From contig JBBITT010000007.1 in NCBI GenBank assembly GCA_037440625.1, forward strand, positions 28,257-92,256: a stretch of DNA of 64,000 nucleotides, written 5' to 3'. The DNA is from Chloroflexota bacterium. Its GTDB lineage: Bacteria; Chloroflexota; Anaerolineae; UBA4142. The notes beneath the pieces were generated by a model. The model made no database searches. It saw nothing but the letters and a program-made list of their open reading frames with translations, and was not told where the DNA came from. Shown piece after piece: positions 1 through 8,113 of the stretch (position 1 is the first letter of the stretch; each line of letters opens with the position of its first letter). The position numbers and the translations under genes are program-made.

Positions 1-1247
1 AGGTTTTCGTAATCAATCGGCGTATCAAGGAATTGTTCCGGAATGCAACCGCCCATTGGTCCGCCGGTTTGAATCGCTTTGAATTTCTTGCCGCCCTTGA
101 TGCCGCCGGCGACATCGAACACCACTTCGCGCAGGGTGATGCCCAGCGGCACTTCGATCAAGCCGGTGCGCACGACATCGCCCGCGAGCGTGAACGTTTT
201 GGTGCCACGATTATTCTCCGCGCCAATGGTTTGAAACCACTCGGCGCCGCGCAGAATAATGTTGCGAATGTTTGCCAGCGTCTCGACGTTGTTGATGATG
301 GTTGGTTTGCCCCACAAGCCGGCAACCGCTGGGAAAGGTGGGCGCGGACGCGGTTCACCGCGTTTGCCTTCAATGGATGCCATCAACGCGGTTTCTTCAC
401 CGCAGACAAACGCGCCGGCACCCATCCGCAGTTCGACATCAAAATCAAAACCGGTGCCCAAAATATCCTTGCCCAGAAAACCAAACTCGCGTGCTTGCCG
501 GATGGCGATTTTCAGCGTCCGCACGGCAATTGGATATTCGGCACGACAATAGATGTACCCTTGATGCGCGCCAATCGCATAACCAGCGATGATCATCCCT
601 TCGAGGACAGAATGCGGATCGCTTTCCAACACGCGACGATTCATAAACGCACCGGGATCACCTTCGTCCGCGTTGCAGATGACATACTTGGTCTCCGTCT
701 TTTGCGCCGCCGCAAATTCCCATTTTTTGCCGGTAGGAAATCCCGCACCCCCACGCCCGCGTAGCCCGGATTTTAGCACCTCATCAATCACCTCGCGCGG
801 TTTCATTTCTAATAACACGCGCGCCGTAGCGGTATATCCGTCTTCTGCAATATAATCCTCAATGTTCTCCGGGTCAATGACCCCACAGCGTGCCATAATG
901 ACCCGCATTTCTTTGGCTGTTGGTGCACGGAGTTCTTCATCCTTTCGCACTTCGCCGGTGTATTGATAGGGCTTGACGATGCGCCCTTTGAGCAAATGCT
1001 CGTGGACGATTTCCGTGACTGCGGCGGGCGTCAGATGCACGTAGGCGATACCTTCCGGATAAATGACCATTTCGGGTCCAACATGGCAATGGCCCAGTCG
1101 CCACGTTTCCAAAACGTTGACTTCATCGCGCAAGCCGTTGCTTTCCAACTCGCGGATCAACACCTCTTCGATTTCTTGAGCGCCTTTGGCGAGGCACTCG
1201 GCGTCCATACACAGCAGAATATGCGAACGATAAAATTCGTTGGGCAT
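1..1247 (-). CDS. NuoF/HndC(HydB)-like NAD(P)H-FMN flavoprotein subunit, partial (C-terminus lies beyond the left edge)
   Basis: Not in ORF track (no in-window stop). Reverse reading from ATG at 1247 (RBS GAGGTAAGGA) gives MPNEFYRSHILLCMDAECLAKGAQ (thioredoxin-like 2Fe-2S N-domain), then GLRGRGGAGFPTGKKW and CNADEGDPGAF (NuoF FMN/NADH motifs); still open at nt 3. Confidence 0.9.
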   Translation of the reverse strand, partial: MPNEFYRSHILLCMDAECLAKGAQEIEEVLIRELESNGLRDEVNVLETWRLGHCHVGPEMVIYPEGIAYVHLTPAAVTEIVHEHLLKGRIVKPYQYTGEVRKDEELRAPTAKEMRVIMARCGVIDPENIEDYIAEDGYTATARVLLEMKPREVIDEVLKSGLRGRGGAGFPTGKKWEFAAAQKTETKYVICNADEGDPGAFMNRRVLESDPHSVLEGMIIAGYAIGAHQGYIYCRAEYPIAVRTLKIAIRQAREFGFLGKDILGTGFDFDVELRMGAGAFVCGEETALMASIEGKRGEPRPRPPFPAVAGLWGKPTIINNVETLANIRNIILRGAEWFQTIGAENNRGTKTFTLAGDVVRTGLIEVPLGITLREVVFDVAGGIKGGKKFKAIQTGGPMGGCIPEQFLDTPIDYEN

Positions 1248-1327
1248 TCCTTACCTCATCGTGCAACAGTCTGATCGTGCGAAGGTGCGATAGGTGTGTC
1301 CAATGGTCGAACTATCGCACTATTGGA

Positions 1328-1690
1328 CTAGCGCGTGATTACCCACTCGTGAATGATCTTGCCACCGACCACGTGTTCCGTGACAATCGCACGGGCGCGT
1401 TCTGGGGTCACCTTACCGTACGTCACCTTGGTCTCACCGAGTTGCACATCCACAATCGGCTCGTACTCGCACAAACCGATGCACCCGGTTTGTGTGACCA
1501 AGACGCCGGTAATCTGATCTTTCTCGATCGCGTCCAGAATTGCCTTCATCGTATCGCGTGCGCCAGCGGCGATGCCGCACGTCCCCATGGCGACGGTCAG
1601 ATGCGCGCGCGCACTGGCGTTACGAATCTGGCGCTTGGCAAGGGCTTCCTCTTTGATTCTTTTCAAGTCATCTAGAGATTTAACTGGCAT
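1328..1690 (-). CDS. thioredoxin-like [2Fe-2S] ferredoxin (HndB-like small subunit)
   Basis: 120 aa; Cys pattern VAMGTCGIAAGA ... TGCIGLCEYEPIV; sits between NuoE-like and NuoF-like genes as hndB does in hndABCD. Confidence 0.8.
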   Translation of the reverse strand: MPVKSLDDLKRIKEEALAKRQIRNASARAHLTVAMGTCGIAAGARDTMKAILDAIEKDQITGVLVTQTGCIGLCEYEPIVDVQLGETKVTYGKVTPERARAIVTEHVVGGKIIHEWVITR

Positions 1691-1699
1691 TGTAACCCC

Positions 1700-1776
1700 A
1701 TTTCAGATTTTATGATTTAGGATTCAAGATCACCGGTGGTGCCAATGGCAAATCATAAATCCTAAATCTGAAATTA
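1700..1776. repeat. heptanucleotide tandem repeats as an inverted array
   Basis: atttcag|attttat|gatttag|gattcaa ... caaatca|taaatcc|taaatct|gaaatta; outer 11 nt (1700-1710 / 1764-1774) perfectly complementary. Confidence 0.75.
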
Positions 1777-2325
1777 TAACTTATTGTAGATTTGCGCTAG
1801 CGAATCCGAAATCTCGCGCCGCAGATATTCGATCACCGTTGGCTCGCTGAGCGGCACGGCGCCCAACTCGCGCTTGATCGGGCGTGTATCGAACTCAAAG
1901 CGGCGATCACCGGCAGAATGCCGATACACAAAATTCACGTGCGGATAACCTACCACCAATCCCAGAACGGTATTGACCATGTCACCGAGCGGCATTCGAT
2001 TCAAATGACTGTGTTGAAATGTTGCCGTAATGGTTGTCCCTTGTCCAAGGGTGGAATCAATGGTCAACGACCCGTTACACAATTCAGTGGCTTGTTTCAA
2101 AAATGGAATCCCTAATCCTACTCGGCGAGTCGAACGTGTTGTGAAAAAAGGGTCCGTAATTTGTTGCGCAGTTTTTTCATCCATTCCGTGTCCGTTATCA
2201 CTCACAGAAATCGTCAAACGATCGGCAGCCTCGTCTTCGATGATTTCAAGCGTAACGAGGGTGGCGCCCGCCTGCAGACTATTCTCCACCAGATCGAGAA
2301 TGTGGAGCGCGAGTTCGCGGAACAT
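1774..2325 (-). CDS. stand-alone GHKL/HATPase_c ATP-binding protein (histidine-kinase-like ATPase, no HisKA domain)
   Basis: 183 aa; HILDLVENSLQAGAT (N box), SDNGHGMD (G1), GLGIPFL and GQGTTI (G2); overlaps upstream gene stop by 1 nt. Confidence 0.8.
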   Translation of the reverse strand: MFRELALHILDLVENSLQAGATLVTLEIIEDEAADRLTISVSDNGHGMDEKTAQQITDPFFTTRSTRRVGLGIPFLKQATELCNGSLTIDSTLGQGTTITATFQHSHLNRMPLGDMVNTVLGLVVGYPHVNFVYRHSAGDRRFEFDTRPIKRELGAVPLSEPTVIEYLRREISDSLAQIYNKL

Positions 2326-2861
2326 TACACTTTTTCATACTTGCGCAACACGGTGATAAACCGGTCGGGGGTGTTGCGCCCGTGCACATTATCATCCACC
2401 ATCACCACCGGCGCTTGCGAGCAGGCACCCAGACAGCGGCAGGCTTCGATGGTGAACTTGCGGTCGGGGGTCGTTTCGCCTAGTTTCACCCCCAAGATTT
2501 GCTGGGCTTTGTCAATGAGCATCTCTGCGCCGCCCACATAACATGCTGTTCCCAGACAAAACGCAACACGATGTTTACCGCGCGGCTTTATCGTAAAGAA
2601 CGAATAAAACGTTACGACCCCGTACACGTCTTTGAGTGGAATCTTGAGTTTTTCGGCGATGTAATTTTGCATTGGTTTGGAGATGTGACCGATTTGCGAT
2701 TGAATCTCGTTGAGAATCAACATCGTGGAACCCGCTTTGGGCGAATGTTCGGTAATGATCGCGTCAATCTTGGCGCGTTGTTCCGCGATCATGATGGGGT
2801 CATCGTCTGCCGGAACAAGCGCGGGCGCGACCGGCACCGTCCGCAAATCTTTTGCGCGCAT
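2325..2861 (-). CDS. NuoE/HndA(HydC)-like [2Fe-2S] subunit
   Basis: 178 aa; FCLGTACYVGGAE and EACRCLGACSQAPV Cys motifs typical of NuoE-family proteins. Confidence 0.85.
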   Translation of the reverse strand: MRAKDLRTVPVAPALVPADDDPIMIAEQRAKIDAIITEHSPKAGSTMLILNEIQSQIGHISKPMQNYIAEKLKIPLKDVYGVVTFYSFFTIKPRGKHRVAFCLGTACYVGGAEMLIDKAQQILGVKLGETTPDRKFTIEACRCLGACSQAPVVMVDDNVHGRNTPDRFITVLRKYEKV

Positions 2862-2925
2862 TGTACGACTCCTCTATGATGGATTGACTAGGACGCACGA
2901 CAAGACGAAAATAATTTCATTTTCG

Positions 2926-3657
2926 TCAGTTCGGTAGAGCATATCTCTTTTCTTTGAATGCTTTCGACAACTCGGCGATACTGCGTGTTCGCAGTTCAAA
3001 CTCGGTGATTGCTGTACCCATGGCGTCGAGCCAGTGTGCATCGGAAGCGCAAACCACAGCAACCCGCTCGGGAATGTGGTATTTGGCGCGCGCGACCGAT
3101 TCCGAAATATTCGGCGAAATCTCCAACGCATCCACATTCAAATTGGGCGGGAGAAAACCAAGCACCGCAATTAGCCCATTTGCCGGGCGGTCAATGTGCG
3201 CCGGGATTGCCAGTCCACCGATTGTCCGCACACGCTCGACGGCTTGATCTAGGGTGATATTCGCCGCCACGAGCAACAGGCGCTCTTCGCGCCGCACAAA
3301 ATTTCCCGCCGCATCCACCACGAATTGTTCCCCCAAGTGTTCGGGGCGATTGGGCAGATACGGCATGGCTTGGTCAACTTGAGCTTGCCACGCGCGAACC
3401 TGTTCGAATGTATCGAATAGGCAAACGAGATGGACTTCTTCACGAGTTGCTAGTTCGATCCCGGGCAAGACCTTTAACCCGGTGGCGCGCGCCGCTTCTA
3501 TCACCGCTGGAACGTTCGCACTCGCATTGTGATCGGTGATGGCGATCAGATCGAGTCCGGCTTCCAGCGCACGTTCGACAATGAGCGGGGGAATCATCTC
3601 GACTTCGGCGCAGGGCGAGAGAACCGTATGAATATGCAAATCGGCGCGGACCAGCAT
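2926..3657 (-). CDS. PHP-domain metal-dependent phosphoesterase
   Basis: 243 aa; ADLHIHTVLSPCAE, AITDHNASANV, IPAHIDRP, CASDAH - PHP His/Asp motifs. Confidence 0.85.
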   Translation of the reverse strand: MLVRADLHIHTVLSPCAEVEMIPPLIVERALEAGLDLIAITDHNASANVPAVIEAARATGLKVLPGIELATREEVHLVCLFDTFEQVRAWQAQVDQAMPYLPNRPEHLGEQFVVDAAGNFVRREERLLLVAANITLDQAVERVRTIGGLAIPAHIDRPANGLIAVLGFLPPNLNVDALEISPNISESVARAKYHIPERVAVVCASDAHWLDAMGTAITEFELRTRSIAELSKAFKEKRYALPN

Positions 3658-3709
3658 TTTTCAGTTTACGCATGACGTTTACGTTTCGGCGAAAACGTAA
3701 AACGCAACC

Positions 3710-4054
3710 CTATTCCTGTGCGATCACACCCAGCCGCGCCAATTCACTGACCACCTTAAAGGTTGTGTGCGGCGTAGCGAGCAAAGGAATGTTTTCGGCG
3801 TCGGCGCGTGCTTTGAGAGTCTCAGAGATTGCTGCGCCTTCGGTAATGATGACGGCGGCGAGTTCAAGCAACGTGGCAACCGCAACGACATTCGGATGCG
3901 CTTGCAAGGTCACCCATACATTACCCTTTTTGGCGCGCGCCATCACGCACGATAAAAGATCCGCGCAGTACCCGCCGGTAACTTGATGCGCCAGCGCGGC
4001 GTGTCCTGCAATCACCTGCAGACCCAGTTGATCAACAATGTGACTAACTTTCAC
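3710..4054 (-). CDS. DRTGG-domain protein
   Basis: 114 aa; VTGGYCADLLSCVMARAKKGNVWVTLQAH ... AVIITEG; paralog of 5019..5372. Confidence 0.7.
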   Translation of the reverse strand: MKVSHIVDQLGLQVIAGHAALAHQVTGGYCADLLSCVMARAKKGNVWVTLQAHPNVVAVATLLELAAVIITEGAAISETLKARADAENIPLLATPHTTFKVVSELARLGVIAQE

Positions 4055-5012
4055 GGTTGCCTTTCAGAGCATCATTATTGCCCGGCGACGGGGATTCCCA
4101 AGCGTGCAAAAGAATCGCGATTTCTAACTTGGTGCCTAGCCCGCGTTGAGATTCCAGATGCATTTGGTCGGCGCACTTGCGAATGTTCTTCAACCCCATC
4201 CCGCCGCCAAAACCCATCTTTCTAATCTCTGGCGGGGTTGTCGAATAGCCTTGTTCTTCCAACGCACGCCGCACATCCGCAATGCCAGGTCCATCATCTT
4301 CAATCGTAAGTTTGAGTTGCGCTGTATTCACCTCAGCCGTGATAATGCCACCGTGATCCGTGTGAATGATCAGATTCATCTCCGCCTCGTAGGAAGCAAT
4401 TGCCGCACGCCGGACGATTTGTGGGTCGGCGCCCAAGCGCGTCAAGGCGCGTTTAATGCGGCTTGAGGCGTGTCCCCCGTGTGTGAAATCACGCGGAGCC
4501 ACTTTGTAACGTAGCAATAAACTCGTATCATCCGATTCGACATCTCGAAAAATATGGCTGGCACGATAGCGGGAGATTTCTTCGTCCTGCGTTTCCGCTT
4601 CGATTTCATGTAACAAACCACGTGTGAGATCGCCCTTGGTCAGAATGCCCACCAACTGCCCCCACGCATTCACCACGGGCAAACGTCCCACCCCCGTTTG
4701 CTGAAACTTTTGCATTGCCGTATCTACCGAGTCTGTTTCGCGCACGGTGATTAAGGTGGTGGACATCCGCTCACCCACCACGGCACGAAAATCGCCGTCT
4801 TCGTAGGCGCGCAAGAGGTCTTCAATACTGATGATTCCAACGAGATCGCCATCTTCATTCAAGACTGGGGCGCCGCTAATCCGGTGGGTGCGGAGGAGTT
4901 CTTTGAATTCCGGCAATGGCGTGCTGGGGGTTACCACGATCACATCGTGGGTCATTACCTGTCCCACACGAAAATCAAGTTTCTGAGCACGCGTGATCTC
5001 TCGCGCAGGCAC
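4044..5012 (-). CDS. CBS-pair + SpoIIAB-like HATPase (anti-sigma-type Ser/Thr kinase-like) protein
   Basis: 322 aa, GTG start; two CBS motifs (VMTHDVIVVTP..., GRLPVVNAWGQLVGILTKGDL), C-terminal EAEMNLIIH ... EDDGPGI ... GGGMGLKNI ATPase motifs. Confidence 0.8.
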   Translation of the reverse strand: MPAREITRAQKLDFRVGQVMTHDVIVVTPSTPLPEFKELLRTHRISGAPVLNEDGDLVGIISIEDLLRAYEDGDFRAVVGERMSTTLITVRETDSVDTAMQKFQQTGVGRLPVVNAWGQLVGILTKGDLTRGLLHEIEAETQDEEISRYRASHIFRDVESDDTSLLLRYKVAPRDFTHGGHASSRIKRALTRLGADPQIVRRAAIASYEAEMNLIIHTDHGGIITAEVNTAQLKLTIEDDGPGIADVRRALEEQGYSTTPPEIRKMGFGGGMGLKNIRKCADQMHLESQRGLGTKLEIAILLHAWESPSPGNNDALKGNRES

Positions 5013-5018
5013 AATGCA

Positions 5019-5372
5019 TTAACCTACTTTGCGGGCTGGTTGAATGCCAGCCGCGTACAATTTGCCACACGCTTCGAACATTCCCAAGCGTGTGACAATC
5101 AATGGAATGCCGGTCTCTTCTGCCAAATGCACAGTGTCGCCATCGGGTATTCGATTCTTGACAAAGAGCACACCGGCGGCATCCACCATTTCGGCCGTCC
5201 GGACTACTTGCGGGTTAGAGATCTCGGTAATAATCAACGTGGTGTGGGGTTGGGCATGGGCGAGGACATCGCTGAGTAAGGCGGTTTCAAATCCGTACTC
5301 CACCTCGCGCGCGTGGTTAAATTCGGTCAGCGTACGACCGCCAATTATTTGAATGACTTGACCAAGCCGCAT
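5019..5372 (-). CDS. DRTGG-domain protein
   Basis: ORF track starts at 5405; internal ATG at 5372 has RBS AGGAG 7 nt upstream; MRLGQVIQIIGGRTL ... LLSDVLAHAQ ... LIITEIS resembles 3710..4054. Confidence 0.7.
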   Translation of the reverse strand: MRLGQVIQIIGGRTLTEFNHAREVEYGFETALLSDVLAHAQPHTTLIITEISNPQVVRTAEMVDAAGVLFVKNRIPDGDTVHLAEETGIPLIVTRLGMFEACGKLYAAGIQPARKVG

Positions 5373-5436
5373 CGCTTGCTCCTGGAAATCTCCTGCGGAG
5401 TGCACAGGTGAGACAAAGAGTATCCGGACGATTTGA

Positions 5437-5454
5437 ATACAATGAGCATTGTAT
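5437..5454. promoter_or_regulatory. palindrome upstream of the DRTGG/CBS-HATPase/PHP/NuoE-like operon (candidate operator)
   Basis: ATACAATG-AG-CATTGTAT, 65 nt upstream of ATG 5372 (32 nt from the alternative ATG 5405). Confidence 0.3.
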
Positions 5455-5529
5455 CAACCGCAAGTCTAAATCAAGTCCAAACGTGGTCAAAGTGGGGTAA
5501 AAAGGAAATAAGAAACCGAGCACGCACCA

Positions 5530-6660
5530 TTAGAACAGCGGCAGTTGGCGTGTTGGCGAACAACCATCGAGCAAAATGAACGGGGCGGCGCGCTGGGCAT
5601 CTGCACCGATGCGCGCCAGTTGTTCGATGGTGCGGAATTTCGTTGTGCGACGCGTTTGCAAAATACGATTGACGGAAATCGGTCCGAGGCCGGGAACGCG
5701 TAAAAGTTGCTCCCGACTCGCACAATTCAACTCGATGGGGAAGAATTCCGGATGCGCGGTTGCCCACATCATCTTGGGGTCGGATTCGAGGGGGAGATTG
5801 CCGCGCGCATCAAACACGAGATCGTCGAACGTAAAATGGTACTTGCGCAACAAGAAATCGGTTTGATACAAACGATGCTCGCGCGCGAGTGGGGTTGGAG
5901 CGCAACCATCGAGTGGCGTGTCGGGGATGGGTTGGAATGCGGAATAGTACACGCGTGCAAGTTGTAAATCGCGATACAAGGATGCGGTGCGCGCGATGAT
6001 TTCGCGGTCGCTCTCGCCTGCCGCCCCCACCACAAATTGCGTGGTCATTGTTTTTTCACGCAACGCGGGCACGTCATCAATCAATCGTTTAGCGATTTGC
6101 AAGGGTGCGAGTAATTCTTCGGCGTAGCGTTTGGTGGACGAGAGTTTGCTCAAATATTCGGACGAGGGAGCTTCCAAGTTGACCGAGACGCGGTCAGCCA
6201 ATTGAAGCGCGCGTTCGATGGCGGCAGGTTCTGCGCCGGGCATGAGTTTGAGATGCAGATAACCGCGAAAGTCGTACTTGCGACGCAAGAGTTCGGCAGT
6301 TGCCAACATCCGTTCCATCGTGCGTGTGCCGCCGCCCACAACGCCGCTGGAAATGAAAATGGCTTCGGCGAGGTGCGCGTGATGAATCTGGTCAAATGTC
6401 TCGGCGAGTTCGTCCGGTTTGAATGTTGTGCGTTCGATATTGCGCCCGCGTCGGGTAGGGCAATAAAAGCAATCCTTTTCGCACGCATTCGTCTGCAAAA
6501 TCTTGAGCATCTTGACAGTCTTGCCATCGGGCCGCACCGCCGGATAAATCCAACGACCGATGTCGTCGCGCACGCGGGTCTGGCCTTCACCACACTTGCC
6601 GCATGCCAGATCGGTTTGTGCCGCCGCGCCCAAGAGATCGAGTTTTTGTAAGGTATCCAT
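5530..6660 (-). CDS. putative DNA modification/repair radical SAM protein (helix-hairpin-helix C-terminus)
   Basis: 376 aa; radical SAM-type cysteines in CEKDCFYCPTRR (a CxxxCxxC triad is not evident by eye); C-terminal REQLLRVPGLGPISVNRIL HhH motif; N-terminus MDTLQKLDLLGAAAQTDLACGKCG matches my memory of the TIGR03916-type family. Confidence 0.75.
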   Translation of the reverse strand: MDTLQKLDLLGAAAQTDLACGKCGEGQTRVRDDIGRWIYPAVRPDGKTVKMLKILQTNACEKDCFYCPTRRGRNIERTTFKPDELAETFDQIHHAHLAEAIFISSGVVGGGTRTMERMLATAELLRRKYDFRGYLHLKLMPGAEPAAIERALQLADRVSVNLEAPSSEYLSKLSSTKRYAEELLAPLQIAKRLIDDVPALREKTMTTQFVVGAAGESDREIIARTASLYRDLQLARVYYSAFQPIPDTPLDGCAPTPLAREHRLYQTDFLLRKYHFTFDDLVFDARGNLPLESDPKMMWATAHPEFFPIELNCASREQLLRVPGLGPISVNRILQTRRTTKFRTIEQLARIGADAQRAAPFILLDGCSPTRQLPLF

Positions 6661-6850
6661 ACGTTCACCTAATTCGCAACACGTCCCCCAACTTGGCTTA
6701 GGATATTTGCACGAGCCATCGGCTCGTACGACAGGCGGTCATTCGGTGGATGACGAGGTTGGGGACGCATTGCACGGAGGATAGTATAACGAACAACAGT
6801 TCTATTGTCAAGGGGAGCTTGGTTGTTTTTAGGGCTTTGTCAAAGTCTGG

Positions 6851-6879
6851 TTGCCGCGCTTGGCGAATCAGGGTATAAT
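6851..6879 (+). promoter_or_regulatory. sigma70-like promoter upstream of the aminopeptidase gene
   Basis: TTGCCG (6851-6856) - 17 nt - TATAAT (6874-6879). Confidence 0.4.
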
Positions 6880-6914
6880 GCGCGCAGTTTTGATTACTCA
6901 AGGAGAAAAAGATA

Positions 6915-8000
6915 ATGAATCAACGTCTTGCTGATTTGCGTGCCAAACTGGCTGAGCAAGGTTTGGATGGCATGCTGATTACTCGGCCGGAGAATCTCTA
7001 CTATTTGTCCGGCTTTGGCGGCGGTGAATATCTGGACGCCACGATGGTGGTATCGGCGGAGCATGCGTGGATTTCCACCGACTCGCGTTATTATGAGGAT
7101 GTGAAACAACGCGCAACAGATTTCAAACTATTTGAAGCGGGGTACGATCGTAGCAAAGTGTTGGGCGAATTTGCTGTGGTTGCCAAGCCCAAAGTGATGG
7201 GGTTTGAGGTGACTCATCTCACGGTTCAAACCCTTAAAGAGTGGAGTAAAGTTGCCCGTAAAGCCGGTTTCAAACTCAAACCGGTCAACAACATGGTGGA
7301 AGACCTGCGGGTGGTCAAGACGCCTGAGGAATTGGAAAAAATCAAACGCGCCGTGAAACTCACCGATGATGCCTTTGCGCATTTTTGTTCGGTGGTCAAA
7401 CCGGGAATGACCGAAAAAGAAGGTGCGTGGATTATTGAGAGATATATGCGCGAACACGGGGCAGACAAAATCGCCTTCGATCTGATTGTCGCAGGCGGTC
7501 CCAACGGTGCTTTGCCACACGCCGTTCCCGGCGATCGTCCCTTCCAATTGGGCGAACCCATTGTTGTGGACATTGGCGCGCGTGTGGATCACTATCACTC
7601 AGATTTGACTCGCACCATCATTCTGGGCCAAGCCGATGACCAATTCAACCAAGTGTACAAAACGGTTCTCCGCGCACAGCAAGCCGCCGAAAAGAAGATC
7701 AAAGCCGGGGTGAAAGGCAAACGTGCCGATGCGTTTGCAAGGAATGTGATTGACCAAGCCGGCTTTGGCGACAAGTTTGGACACGGCTTGGGCCACGGCG
7801 TCGGCTTAGCCGTGCACGAGAATCCCCGTGCCAGCAAATTGAGTCGAGATGTATATCGTGCCGGGATGACCCTCACGATTGAACCGGGAATTTATATCCC
7901 GGGTTGGGGCGGCGTCCGCATCGAAGATTTGGTGGTCATTCAGGAAAAGGGCGTCGAAATTCTGAGTCAGGCAAGTAAAGACCCTGTCATCAAGGTCTAG
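6915..8000 (+). CDS. Xaa-Pro aminopeptidase / M24B metallopeptidase
   Basis: 361 aa; VVDIGARVDHYHSDLTRT, HGLGHGVGLAVHE, TIEPGIY, IEDLV metal-ligand motifs; RBS AAGGAGAAAAAG. Confidence 0.9.
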   Translation: MNQRLADLRAKLAEQGLDGMLITRPENLYYLSGFGGGEYLDATMVVSAEHAWISTDSRYYEDVKQRATDFKLFEAGYDRSKVLGEFAVVAKPKVMGFEVTHLTVQTLKEWSKVARKAGFKLKPVNNMVEDLRVVKTPEELEKIKRAVKLTDDAFAHFCSVVKPGMTEKEGAWIIERYMREHGADKIAFDLIVAGGPNGALPHAVPGDRPFQLGEPIVVDIGARVDHYHSDLTRTIILGQADDQFNQVYKTVLRAQQAAEKKIKAGVKGKRADAFARNVIDQAGFGDKFGHGLGHGVGLAVHENPRASKLSRDVYRAGMTLTIEPGIYIPGWGGVRIEDLVVIQEKGVEILSQASKDPVIKV

Positions 8001-8113
8001 GCAACATTTCAAATTCCTGCTTGTATGCAGGTTGAATTTGTGATACAATATTGCTGTGCCCGCGCCAGGATGCGCGGACGGTTCAGCAGGTCCTGTTTGA
8101 ATCTGGAGGCGCA

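Noticed and set aside
33-764. 243-aa plus-strand ORF, with several nested ORFs, at the left edge
   Set aside because: It is antisense to a clean NuoF-like reading frame carrying canonical motifs. The translation is Arg/Ala/Gly-rich with no recognisable domain, typical of shadow ORFs in GC-rich coding DNA.
8051-8113. Upstream extension of the 8114..9184 membrane protein
   Set aside because: The GGAGG RBS sits just before ATG 8114, and the extension overlaps promoter/terminator-like sequence.
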